From: an uncultured Gammaproteobacteria bacterium
Lineage (GTDB): Bacteria; Patescibacteriota; Patescibacteriia; Patescibacteriales; UBA12465
Direction: 5' to 3'
DNA length: 57,389 bases
Assembly: GCA_964588465.1 (NCBI GenBank)
Contig: CAZPPL010000005.1
Span: 2,966-60,354 of the forward strand
Shown here: positions 20,691 through 30,008 of the stretch, piece by piece
How positions within the stretch are numbered: the first letter of the stretch is position 1
Layout: every line of letters begins with the position of its first letter
Translations under genes and position numbers: made by a program
The notes under the pieces: model-generated
What the model saw: only the letters and a program-made list of their open reading frames with translations
Database searches by the model: none
What the model was told of the DNA's origin: nothing

Positions 20691-21576
20691 ATTTTTCGGC
20701 ATATTCTTGACGACGATCGCGCCGATAGAATTTTAACACCTGGTCGTTAACTACAACGCCGACAGAATTATTCATAGCCTGTTTTAAAGGAAAGGGCATA
20801 ATTTTTAACTGTATGCGTTTGGCTTGTCGTTCAAAAAAATTTATATTAGATTCAGTAATTGATGAATTCCTGGACTCTGAACTTACAGGTCTCTTATTAG
20901 CTTGCAAAAATTGTTCATAGACTCTATTTTTATTATACAATAAAATCAACTTATGATACCAGTAATAGAAATAGGGATCACCCCCGCTCAAATGTAAATC
21001 CTGTAAATTTAGATGCTCTTGTGAAAGATAAAAACTTAAACAAATTTTATCTCTTTTAGTCCTGATATTTGGCCGCCTATTCAAAATTTTAGCTAAACCA
21101 GTACAATATAGGCGACTAAGCCAAATTCTTCCCGATGTAGTAATAATGAAAAAATCAATATCACTTCCGTCACGCAGATTATAGGTACCAATAACATTAG
21201 CTAGAGCAACTAATTGAACAAAGGGACAAAGCTTAAACAAATAACTAAAAGCTCTAGCAATTTTAATTTTACGATAAAAATAATTATAACGTTGCTGTCT
21301 AACAGCAATTATCTTCTCCCGACCAGCTAAAAAATAAAAGCCATTTTTTTGTTGAATTATTGTTGGCCTCTCATTCTGAGAACTAGCATCATTTATTTCA
21401 GAACCTCTAATCTCTTTCCTTAGAACATCATAAATATTCTCCAGTTCTAATTGTTTAGAAAGATTTTCCCAAATCTCATAAACAGTAAGTGGCGAGTCAA
21501 ATAAATCAAAGAAAGCAATTATATTGATAATCGCCTCTCGAGGTTTATCAATAGTTTTTAACTCACATTTCAACAT
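20650..21576 (-). CDS. Hypothetical protein with nucleotidyltransferase-like DxD motif
   Basis: DGSDIDFFII resembles the Pol-beta/MNT signature, but the GS element is degenerate. Confidence 0.55.
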   Translation of the reverse strand: MLKCELKTIDKPREAIINIIAFFDLFDSPLTVYEIWENLSKQLELENIYDVLRKEIRGSEINDASSQNERPTIIQQKNGFYFLAGREKIIAVRQQRYNYFYRKIKIARAFSYLFKLCPFVQLVALANVIGTYNLRDGSDIDFFIITTSGRIWLSRLYCTGLAKILNRRPNIRTKRDKICLSFYLSQEHLNLQDLHLSGGDPYFYYWYHKLILLYNKNRVYEQFLQANKRPVSSESRNSSITESNINFFERQAKRIQLKIMPFPLKQAMNNSVGVVVNDQVLKFYRRDRRQEYAEKYENQIKKIFTADN

Positions 21577-21584
21577 TTTATTTA

Positions 21585-22694
21585 TTAATCAGTCTTAGGA
21601 CGTTCAATCTTCAAAACTTCTATTTTACCCTCCTTATCAGTAATTTTAGTGACATCTTTATCAATTTTTTTAAATTCAGAATAAGCATTATTATAGTGAT
21701 TAACCGTGGTAGCCATAGAAATTCCTAATTTTTTCATAAATTCATCATAACTGCCCATATGTCGTTGTAATTTCTCAATATTGGCTCTAATTTCTTTAGC
21801 TTTTTCTTCTATTTGTAGTGCTTTCAATCCTTGCAAAACCGTTTGCAAATAAGCTAAAAAGGAAGTAGGAGAAACTATAATAACCTTTTTATCTCGAAAA
21901 GCGTATTCAATCAAATCACGAGTATTTATTTTAACTGTACCCACCGAATTAACTAATAAATCATAATAAATTGCTTCAGAAGGAATAAACATAAAAGCGA
22001 ATTCTAAAGTATTTTCTTCAGGTTTAACATATTTAGCAGTCTCGTCAATTCGATTCTTTAAATCTTGTTTAAATTGTGCTTCTAATTTTTTACGAATTTG
22101 AACATCAGTAACCTTAATCAATTTCTCATAATTCTCTAAAGAAAATTTAGCATCAATTGGAATAATTTTGTCTTTTACAAAAACTACTGCATCTACAATA
22201 GTGCCATCCTTAAAGCTGTATTGCATCTGATAAGATTTTGGTGGTAAAACATTTTTTAAAGTTTCTTCCAAAAAATATTCTCCTAAAACTCCCCGCTGTT
22301 TAGGATTTTTTAGAATATCTTGTAAACTTTGTAATTGAGCCGAGAAATTAACTACCTGTTTATTAGTTTCATCCAATTTAGTTAGCTTCTCCGTAACCGC
22401 CGCAATTAATTTTTCTGATCGCGAAGTGATATTCTGTACAATTTTAGCATTCTGACCGAATTGTTCTTGATTAGTGCGATGAGTCTCAGTTAATTTACGA
22501 TCTAACTCTTGACGTAATTCACTATTCTGATGAGCTAATTGATTCAATTTTTCCGACTGTTGGATTAAACGCTCAGTGACTTTATCCAGCTTTTTATCAT
22601 CTGGAGAGGATTTCCTGCGCAGTAATAAATAAATCACAATTATTAGACCAACAATCAAAATAAGCAACAAAAATATTATAACTAAACTTTGCAT
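21585..22694 (-). CDS. rmuC: DNA recombination protein RmuC
   Basis: N-terminal TM, coiled coil, KQRGVLGE, IDAKF, FMFIPSEAIY, VSPTS; likely start MQSLV at 22694. Confidence 0.92.
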   Translation of the reverse strand: MQSLVIIFLLLILIVGLIIVIYLLLRRKSSPDDKKLDKVTERLIQQSEKLNQLAHQNSELRQELDRKLTETHRTNQEQFGQNAKIVQNITSRSEKLIAAVTEKLTKLDETNKQVVNFSAQLQSLQDILKNPKQRGVLGEYFLEETLKNVLPPKSYQMQYSFKDGTIVDAVVFVKDKIIPIDAKFSLENYEKLIKVTDVQIRKKLEAQFKQDLKNRIDETAKYVKPEENTLEFAFMFIPSEAIYYDLLVNSVGTVKINTRDLIEYAFRDKKVIIVSPTSFLAYLQTVLQGLKALQIEEKAKEIRANIEKLQRHMGSYDEFMKKLGISMATTVNHYNNAYSEFKKIDKDVTKITDKEGKIEVLKIERPKTD

Positions 22695-22725
22695 ATATTC
22701 TAAAATTTTTAAAAATATTTTAAAA

Positions 22726-25263
22726 CTATACCCAGGTAACACCAGCAACTCCATCACTAGCAACTTTAAAGCGCATAATTTTTACTCCTTGAGTATCTCG
22801 CCCCAAAACGCTAACCGATTTAAATGGAGTTCTAATAACCTGACCATTTTCAGAAATAATAATAATATCCCGATCTTTCATAGTGTCAAAATTTACTAAA
22901 AAAGCTTTAGTAATATCACCAGTCTTTTCAGTTACTTTAGCAGTTTTAATACCACTACCTCCTCGTCCCTGAATTTTATAAGCCCCTAAAGCGGTCCGTT
23001 TACCAAAACCATGGGCCATAATAGTTAAAATCTGGTAATTCCTTTTTCTCTCTTTATCAATCTTAGCCACGCCCATACCAATAACTAAATCATCTTGATG
23101 TAATCTAATGCCTCGTACGCCAGCTGCTCCTCGTCCCATACTCCGTACATCGGTTTCTTTGAATCTAATGGCTTGACCTTTGGCGGTTATTAATTGAATA
23201 TGATCTGTACCTGAAGTTGGTTTCACCCAAATTAATTTATCATCACTCTTAATTTTAATAGCGATGAGTCCACTGCGACGAACCTTAGAAAAAGCTTCTA
23301 GTCCTACTTTTTTAACTAAACCTTTCTCAGTAGCAAAAAATAAATACTTGCTAAAAATTGCTTTGTCTAAGGGCAAAATAGAAGAAATCTGCTCACCACC
23401 GATAAGCTGTAAGAAATTAACCACTGGAGTTCCTTTAGCAATACGCGAAGCCACTGGAATCTCATAAATCTTTAATTGAAATACTCGTCCTTTGGTGGTA
23501 AAAAATAAAACATCATTATGAGTTTGAGAGCTAAACATAAACTCTACCATATCCTCTTCTTTGGTGGTTAAACCCATTACTCCCTTACCACCACGAGCTT
23601 GAACTTTGAAAGTATCTGGTTCCAGTCTTTTAATATAACCATCACGAGTCATCATGACTACGGTTTCTTCGTTAGGGACTAGATCTTCCATACTAAATCT
23701 CTTAATACCATGAGCTATAACTTCAGTTCGGCGCTCATCACCATATTTATTGGTTAAAACTTTTAATTCTTCTCTTACAATATTACGTATCTTAGCCACT
23801 GATTTTAAAATGGCTTCTAAAGCTTTAATTAATTTCTGTTTTTCCTTTAATTCTTGCTCTATTTTTAATTGTTCCAAACCAGCTAAACTTTGTAAACGCA
23901 TTTCTAAAATAGCCACTGCTTGTTTTTCAGACAATTTAAATTTTTTGATTAAATGAATTCTAGCTATATCTTTATCTTTAGAAGCCTTAATAGTTTTAAT
24001 AACTTCATCAATATGTTTTAGAGCGATCATTAAGCCTTCCAAGATATGAGCTCGATCTAAAGCCTTATTCAAATCAAATTGGGTACGACGGCTAACAACT
24101 TGCTCACGATGTTTAATATACTCTTCTAAAATCATCTTAAGAGTTAATACTTTAGGCTGAATACCATCCACTAAGGCTAACATATTAAAATGAAAAGTAG
24201 TTTGTAGAGAAGTATGTTTATACAAACTATTTAAAATCTTCTTAGGATAAGAATCTTTTTTGAGCTCAATAACTACTCGTACTCCATCTTTATCAGATTC
24301 GTCACGTAAGGCCTTAATCCCTTCAAGTTTTTTATCCTTAACTAAATTAGCAATTTTTTCTACTAAATCTGCTTTATTTACTTGATAAGGAATCTCGGAA
24401 ATAATAATTTTAAAATTACCAGATTTTTCTTCTTCCACTAAGGCCCGTCCACGAAGCACTACTCCACCTCTGCCAGTGGCGTAAGCGTTCAATATTTCAG
24501 TCTTATCATAAATAATTCCCCTAGTAGGAAAATCTGGTCCTTTGACAAACTGCATTAAATCTTCAACGCTAGCATCAGGATTGGTAATTAAATAATCAAT
24601 AGCTCCTGCCAATTCCCTTAGATTATGGGGTGGAATATTAGTGGACATACCCACGGCAATTCCCATGGTACCATTAAGTAATAGATTGGGTAATTTAGCG
24701 GGTAATAAACGTGGCTCTTTATGACTACCATCATAATTAGGAATAAAGTCTACCGTATCTTTATCAATATCAAACAACATCTCTTCACAAACTGCAGATA
24801 ATTTTGCTTCAGTATAACGCATCGCAGCCGCCCTATCACCATCCATAGAACCAAAATTTCCTTGACCATGGACTAGAGGATAGCGCATAGAAAAGTCTTG
24901 AGCTAGACGCACCATAGAATCATAAACTGCGGTATCACCATGAGGATGGTATTTACCTAGAACTTCTCCTACTACAGTAGCCGACTTACGAAATTTAGCA
25001 CTGGATTTTAAACCAATACTCCACATAGCATATAAGATACGCCGATGCACTGGCTTTAAACCATCTCGTACATCAGGTAAAGCTCGGGCTACAATGACGC
25101 TCATAGCATATTCCAAATACGATTTACTCATTTCATCAACAATGGGTTGTTCTTTTACTAAACCATAAGGCGTTTTCTTATAGGAATTAATTGATTCCAA
25201 TGAGGAAACATCAGATGATTTTGAGGACGAATTTTTATGATTATTTTTAGTTAATTTGGACAT
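22726..25263 (-). CDS. gyrA: DNA gyrase subunit A
   Basis: [29 protein letters not shown], GyrA-box-like QARGGKG, pinwheel C-terminal domain. Confidence 0.97.
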   Translation of the reverse strand: MSKLTKNNHKNSSSKSSDVSSLESINSYKKTPYGLVKEQPIVDEMSKSYLEYAMSVIVARALPDVRDGLKPVHRRILYAMWSIGLKSSAKFRKSATVVGEVLGKYHPHGDTAVYDSMVRLAQDFSMRYPLVHGQGNFGSMDGDRAAAMRYTEAKLSAVCEEMLFDIDKDTVDFIPNYDGSHKEPRLLPAKLPNLLLNGTMGIAVGMSTNIPPHNLRELAGAIDYLITNPDASVEDLMQFVKGPDFPTRGIIYDKTEILNAYATGRGGVVLRGRALVEEEKSGNFKIIISEIPYQVNKADLVEKIANLVKDKKLEGIKALRDESDKDGVRVVIELKKDSYPKKILNSLYKHTSLQTTFHFNMLALVDGIQPKVLTLKMILEEYIKHREQVVSRRTQFDLNKALDRAHILEGLMIALKHIDEVIKTIKASKDKDIARIHLIKKFKLSEKQAVAILEMRLQSLAGLEQLKIEQELKEKQKLIKALEAILKSVAKIRNIVREELKVLTNKYGDERRTEVIAHGIKRFSMEDLVPNEETVVMMTRDGYIKRLEPDTFKVQARGGKGVMGLTTKEEDMVEFMFSSQTHNDVLFFTTKGRVFQLKIYEIPVASRIAKGTPVVNFLQLIGGEQISSILPLDKAIFSKYLFFATEKGLVKKVGLEAFSKVRRSGLIAIKIKSDDKLIWVKPTSGTDHIQLITAKGQAIRFKETDVRSMGRGAAGVRGIRLHQDDLVIGMGVAKIDKERKRNYQILTIMAHGFGKRTALGAYKIQGRGGSGIKTAKVTEKTGDITKAFLVNFDTMKDRDIIIISENGQVIRTPFKSVSVLGRDTQGVKIMRFKVASDGVAGVTWV

Positions 25264-25269
25264 ATAAAA

Positions 25270-25806
25270 TTAATAAACTAAGGTGGTTATATTTTCACAA
25301 CCGGCTGGAATCTGACAAGAATGAGCTGGCTCATCTATAGTTGGCATACAATTTATATATTGAGGACAATTTCTAGAATTGCTTATCAATGGAGAGCTGG
25401 TGGTACTTATAAAACGGGGGGTATTGCTAGATACTGGAATAGGGGTGGGAATAGATACGGAAGTGCTAACGACTGGCACAGTAGCAGTAGTTTTAATAAC
25501 CGACGAAGAAGAACTATAAGTTCTAGTATTATTTAGTAAATTTACTAAAAATTTGGTACTACTGGCTTTTTGGAGATTCTTTGCTTGTTGATTCTTATTT
25601 AATTGTTGCTGTATGCTAGTTATGGTTTTATCCCAATTAACTTTCAAGTTTGACCAAGAAGCTTGGTTATGAGATGACGGAGTTTGATTATTATCCCTCC
25701 AAACATTTTTTAAATTAAAAACCCAAATAGATAATATAAGAATAGTAAAAAATACTACACCTATTTTCATAAATAATATTCTTTTGTTCCGTTCTTTTTC
25801 CGACAT
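25270..25806 (-). CDS. Membrane-anchored protein with S/T-rich stalk and C-terminal 4-Cys module
   Basis: N-terminal TM; S/T/P linker; CPQYINCMP...CQIPAGC. Confidence 0.7.
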   Translation of the reverse strand: MSEKERNKRILFMKIGVVFFTILILSIWVFNLKNVWRDNNQTPSSHNQASWSNLKVNWDKTITSIQQQLNKNQQAKNLQKASSTKFLVNLLNNTRTYSSSSSVIKTTATVPVVSTSVSIPTPIPVSSNTPRFISTTSSPLISNSRNCPQYINCMPTIDEPAHSCQIPAGCENITTLVY

Positions 25807-25810
25807 AATT

Positions 25811-26413
25811 TTATTCTGTTATGCCGTCTAAATTGACATCATAAAGAATTTGTTCAGATACCAAACGATATTTAATAATTTCTTTAGTACTGAACCAAAT
25901 CGGTATTTCACGTTTAGCATCACTTGTAGGATCAGAACAATGTATTAGATTACGAACTGCTCGATCATCAACACTAGCGATAGCGTAGGAGTCTAAAGTA
26001 TAATCACCACGAATTGTTCCAGCGTCAGAACTTAAGGGCTCAGTTGAGCCTACTAATTTTTTTACAATTCCCACTGCTTGATTTCCCTCCCAAACCATTG
26101 GTACTATCGGACCACAAGTCATAAATTTAATTAAAGCTCGGATGATATCCTTACCATATTGAATCGCTTCCTTGTCTATTGATAGACCAGCACTTTTCCG
26201 ATTTTCTATAATTCCTTGGCCTTTTTTAAGAAACCACTCATCGTCCTTACTATAGTGTTCCCAAAGCTGTTTTTCGCTAGCTAAAACTATTTTTAAAGCA
26301 ACTAGCTTTAATCCAACAGTTTCTAATCTCTTAATAATCTCTCCAATTAAACCTCTTTGCACTGCATCAGGCTTCAGGATAACCAAAGTCTGTTCCTTCT
26401 TAGGATTAACCAT
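25811..26413 (-). CDS. ndk: Nucleoside-diphosphate kinase
   Basis: EQTLVILKPDAVQRGLIGEII, GTIRGD, RNLIHCSD. Confidence 0.95.
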   Translation of the reverse strand: MVNPKKEQTLVILKPDAVQRGLIGEIIKRLETVGLKLVALKIVLASEKQLWEHYSKDDEWFLKKGQGIIENRKSAGLSIDKEAIQYGKDIIRALIKFMTCGPIVPMVWEGNQAVGIVKKLVGSTEPLSSDAGTIRGDYTLDSYAIASVDDRAVRNLIHCSDPTSDAKREIPIWFSTKEIIKYRLVSEQILYDVNLDGITE

Positions 26414-26418
26414 AAATT

Positions 26419-27063
26419 TTAATGATTTAATATTACTAACTCTCGATCTTCTTGAGGAAGATCTCTTTTAGAAATTTTTAGTTTTTCTTCATAAACTGGG
26501 GTTAAACCCAATTCTTTAATAAACTTATCAACTCCGTCAATATCCATTTTTAAATCTTTAGTTTTATAATGCATAGGGATAACAATACGCGGTTCAATTT
26601 GAGCAATAAGCTCTACGGCTCGCTTAGCACCAATAGTATATTTGCCCCCAATTGGGATTAACAAAATATCTGTTCCCGCTAATTTTTCTAATTGGCTATC
26701 ATCTAAAGTCTGCCCTAAGTCACCTAAATGAACTACCGAAATATCATCAAACTCAATCCTAAAAATAATATTATTCCCTCGTTCAGCACCTTTCTTATCG
26801 TCGTGATAAGAATCTACTCCCTCAATTAGAATCCCTTTAACATCATATTCACCAGCACAATCAATAATAAAAGGATTTCCTCGCAGGGCCTTCACATTAT
26901 TATGATCAAAATGTTGATGTGAAACGGTTATGATATCAGCTTCAAAATTAGGTACTTTTAAACCAATGGTTTTATCAAAAGGATCAGTAACTAAAGTTAT
27001 CCCTTCTGAACCAATTTTATCTTGAATTTTAAAGCAGGAATGCCCCTGCCAAGTAATAATCAT
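26419..27063 (-). CDS. MBL-fold metallo-hydrolase
   Basis: GHSCF, SHQHFDH, HLGDLG, IPMHY. Confidence 0.9.
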   Translation of the reverse strand: MIITWQGHSCFKIQDKIGSEGITLVTDPFDKTIGLKVPNFEADIITVSHQHFDHNNVKALRGNPFIIDCAGEYDVKGILIEGVDSYHDDKKGAERGNNIIFRIEFDDISVVHLGDLGQTLDDSQLEKLAGTDILLIPIGGKYTIGAKRAVELIAQIEPRIVIPMHYKTKDLKMDIDGVDKFIKELGLTPVYEEKLKISKRDLPQEDRELVILNH

Positions 27064-27115
27064 ATAACTTAATACAGCTTAGAACAATAAAAATAGGCCA
27101 ATAAACCTTATTTTA

Positions 27116-27144
27116 ACTATAGCAAACTTATCAGTGACGGTCAA
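27116..27144 (-). promoter_or_regulatory. Sigma70-type promoter upstream of the MBL-ndk-gyrA run
   Basis: TTGACC-N17-TATAGT with extended -10 TG. Confidence 0.6.
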
Positions 27145-27176
27145 CTTGATAGTTACTTAAAAATCTATAAAAATCC

Positions 27177-28037
27177 CTATTTTTTATAACTATTTTCCCC
27201 CAATATGACAATCTTCACACTACCTGATTGATCAGTCCGTCTAAAAGGAATACCTAACTCATTGAGCCTATCAAGAACCACTTGATTAGGATGCCCAAAG
27301 CGATTATCTAGGCCTAAGGATATGATAGCTAGGTCTGGATTAACTTTTTGTAAGAACAATTTGCTACTAGCGGTTTTAGACCCATGATGAGAGATCTTTA
27401 AGACGTCAGCTTTTATATCCCAAGCATAATTTACTAATTTTTTTTCTACCAACGCATTATTATCACCAGAAAATAAAAAAATTTTTCCTTGGCAAGACAG
27501 TCTGACTATTAAAGAATTATTCTGATCATTTTTTACCCACAAAATTTGAGGATTTAAAAAATATAAAAAACAATTAGGTGATAAATACAATTGAGCGGTT
27601 CTCGGTATAGGTACGGTAGTAACTTTTTGTTCTTTAATAGTCCTCCATAAAGTTCTAAGAAGAGAAGAATCAAAATGACTAGGAGCATAAATTATTTCTT
27701 TAACTTTATACCTATTTAAAACCTCTATTAGCCCAGTAATATGATCACGATGATAATGACTAAAAATAATTAAATCAATTTGACGTTGATAAAAAGGCAA
27801 ACTATCTCCTAACCGGCGTAAGACGGTATTGTCTGGACCACCGTCTATTAAAATAGTCTGTTTATTTGGTAAAATTATTAAAGCCGAGTCTCCTTGTCCG
27901 ATATCAAAAAAATTAACGGTTAATTTGTGAACAGAATAATATAAACAAGTAACAAAAACAATTAATAGAATTAATAGCAATCCGCTTAAATAAAAAAATT
28001 TTGATTTAGCTGATTTTCCTCCTAATAATTTATACAT
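27177..28037 (-). CDS. Stand-alone ComEC/Rec2-type MBL domain protein
   Basis: FFDIGQGDS, LIDGG, SHYHRDHITGL, NNS, FSGD, LKISHHGS, NRFGHP, RTD; only one N-terminal TM. Confidence 0.85.
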   Translation of the reverse strand: MYKLLGGKSAKSKFFYLSGLLLILLIVFVTCLYYSVHKLTVNFFDIGQGDSALIILPNKQTILIDGGPDNTVLRRLGDSLPFYQRQIDLIIFSHYHRDHITGLIEVLNRYKVKEIIYAPSHFDSSLLRTLWRTIKEQKVTTVPIPRTAQLYLSPNCFLYFLNPQILWVKNDQNNSLIVRLSCQGKIFLFSGDNNALVEKKLVNYAWDIKADVLKISHHGSKTASSKLFLQKVNPDLAIISLGLDNRFGHPNQVVLDRLNELGIPFRRTDQSGSVKIVILGENSYKK

Positions 28038-28170
28038 TTTATATTATGAATAATAAATTAAACAGTTAATATACACGATCGCATGACTTATTATATTAAA
28101 TGAGCAATGAATAAAAAATAAATTCTTATTTTAATAGCTATTTAACTCTGAAAATAAATTTAAATTAAAT

Positions 28171-28206
28171 ATAAAAACCACTCAGCTGTAACTGAGTGGT
28201 TTTTAT
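28171..28206 (-). terminator. Intrinsic terminator downstream of the small basic peptide gene
   Basis: Perfect 15-bp inverted repeat ataaaaaccactcag-ctgtaa-ctgagtggtttttat. Confidence 0.8.
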
Positions 28207-28229
28207 ATAATTTTTAAACTAAAAAAATT

Positions 28230-28349
28230 TTATTTTCTTTTCTTTCTGGCAACCACTTTTTTCTTAGCAACCTTTTTAGCGGGTTTTCTTTTGGCAACCT
28301 TTTTCACCACTTTTTTAGCGGGTTTTCTTTTGGCAACTTTCTTTTTCAT
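28230..28349 (-). CDS. 39-aa Lys/Arg-rich histone-H1-like peptide (below the ORF-track cutoff)
   Basis: MKKKVAKRKPAKKVVKKVAKRKPAKKVAKKKVVARKKRK; SD GAGGGGGTGA; candidate promoter TTGCTA-N17-TATAAT (28444-28416); own terminator. Confidence 0.82.
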   Translation of the reverse strand: MKKKVAKRKPAKKVVKKVAKRKPAKKVAKKKVVARKKRK

Positions 28350-28466
28350 ATTTTCACCCCCTCTCTTTAAAAATTTAATTCTTATTATTTTTTATTCAAA
28401 AACATTTCTGTTAATATTATATAACTAATAAAAATAAGTAGCAATAGTCCAATAAAAATTTTTATA

Positions 28467-28506
28467 AAAAAATTTCTCATTCGATTCCGAGAATAAGAAA
28501 TTTTTT
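28467..28506 (-). terminator. Intrinsic terminator after glyS
   Basis: Minus-strand stem aaaaaatttcttattc / gaatgagaaatttttt with one G-U pair, ending in a U tract. Confidence 0.6.
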
Positions 28507-28549
28507 ATTTTTTTGCTAATTAGAAGCTAGTGAAAATAATCTAAACTTT

Positions 28550-29941
28550 TTATTGAAATTTATCTTTAAAAAATTTTGATAATCCAACTAGCTCAACTAT
28601 CTCTTGTTTCATAGTATCACGATTACGTATAGTAACGCAATTATTTTGGAGAGAATCAAAATCAATGGTTACGCAATAAGGAGTACCAATTTCATCTTGA
28701 CGACGATAACGTTTACCGATATTACCATTATCATCAAACTCACAGCGCCAATTTAATTTTAAGCTATCATATACTTTACGGGCAAATTTAACTAACTGAG
28801 GCTTATTTTTAAGTAAAGGAAAAATAGCAATCTTAATTGGAGCTAATTCTGGAGCTAATTTCAAAACTATTCTGGAGCCTTTTTCTAATTGCTCTTCTTG
28901 ATAGGCTTCATTTAAAACTGCCAAAAAAGTACGCCCTAAGCCGGCGGAAGTTTCTATAACGTGAGGTATAAATTTCTTATTTGTTATAGGGTCTGAATAA
29001 CTTAAATCTATTCCTGAAAATTTACTGTGTTGACTCAAATCGTAATCACCTCTAGCATGAATACCCTCTAATTCTTTAAAACCAAAGGGGTATTTATATT
29101 CAATATCATAAGCTTCTTTAGCATAAAAAACTAAATTCTCATGTTTATGCCATCGCAGATGTTCTGCCTTAATACCTAAATCTAAATAGAACTGCCAACG
29201 TAGTTTTTTCCAAATTTCATAATACTTATGATCATCTCCAGGTTTTATAAAATATTGCATCTCCATTTGTTCAAATTCTCTAGTCCGAAAAATAAATTGT
29301 CTAGCAGTAATCTCATTTCTAAAGGCTTTACCAATTTGAGCAATACCAAAAGGAATTTTAACCCGAACAGAATTTATAACATTTTTAAAATTAACATAAA
29401 TACCTTGGCAAGTTTCTCCTCGTAGATAAGTAGGGGTCTTAGTCCAATCTCCAGTAAAATTTCCTAAATTAGACTGAACTAATAAATTAAATTTTTTCCC
29501 AGGGGTAAAATCTTTAGCTCCGCAGACTGGACATTTTATTTTATCTTTGTGGGCATCAAAAATCTTATTAATTTCTTCTTCGCTCATTTTTTCATCAGCA
29601 AAAATATCAACATCTTCTAACAAAGTATCTAATCTTAAACGGGCATGGCATTTTCTACACTCAGTCAAAGGGTCAGAAAAACCAGCGACGTGGCCAGAAG
29701 CCTCCCAGACTTTAGGGTTCATAAAAATTGCTGAATCTAAACCTACTATATCATCGCGTAACTGCGTCATAGCTCGCCACCAGAGCTTTTTAATATTATT
29801 AGCTAACTCCACTCCATAAGGACCAAAATCATAAACCGCCGTAAAACCACTATAAATTTCTGAAGAGGGAAAAACAAAACCCCGCCGTTTACAAAGTGAT
29901 ACCAACTCATCTAAAGAATTACTAGTTTCTACTTTTTTCAT
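28550..29941 (-). CDS. glyQS: Glycine--tRNA ligase, alpha2 (GlyQS) type
   Basis: KRRGFVFPSSEIY, YLRGETCQG, FRNEIT, FRTREFEQME, IGKRYRRQDEIGTP. Confidence 0.96.
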   Translation of the reverse strand: MKKVETSNSLDELVSLCKRRGFVFPSSEIYSGFTAVYDFGPYGVELANNIKKLWWRAMTQLRDDIVGLDSAIFMNPKVWEASGHVAGFSDPLTECRKCHARLRLDTLLEDVDIFADEKMSEEEINKIFDAHKDKIKCPVCGAKDFTPGKKFNLLVQSNLGNFTGDWTKTPTYLRGETCQGIYVNFKNVINSVRVKIPFGIAQIGKAFRNEITARQFIFRTREFEQMEMQYFIKPGDDHKYYEIWKKLRWQFYLDLGIKAEHLRWHKHENLVFYAKEAYDIEYKYPFGFKELEGIHARGDYDLSQHSKFSGIDLSYSDPITNKKFIPHVIETSAGLGRTFLAVLNEAYQEEQLEKGSRIVLKLAPELAPIKIAIFPLLKNKPQLVKFARKVYDSLKLNWRCEFDDNGNIGKRYRRQDEIGTPYCVTIDFDSLQNNCVTIRNRDTMKQEIVELVGLSKFFKDKFQ

Positions 29942-30008
29942 ATAAATTTATATTACTTCAATTAAATAGTTAAGGCCAATAATTAACTAAAACTAATAAA
30001 TTTTAAGA

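Noticed and set aside
22695-22763. Extended rmuC start overlapping gyrA
   Set aside because: Non-ATG start; ATG at 22694 directly precedes the TM helix
28230-28349. Short direct repeats considered as a CRISPR or VNTR
   Set aside because: They are in-frame coding repeats of the basic peptide, with no unique spacers or cas genes
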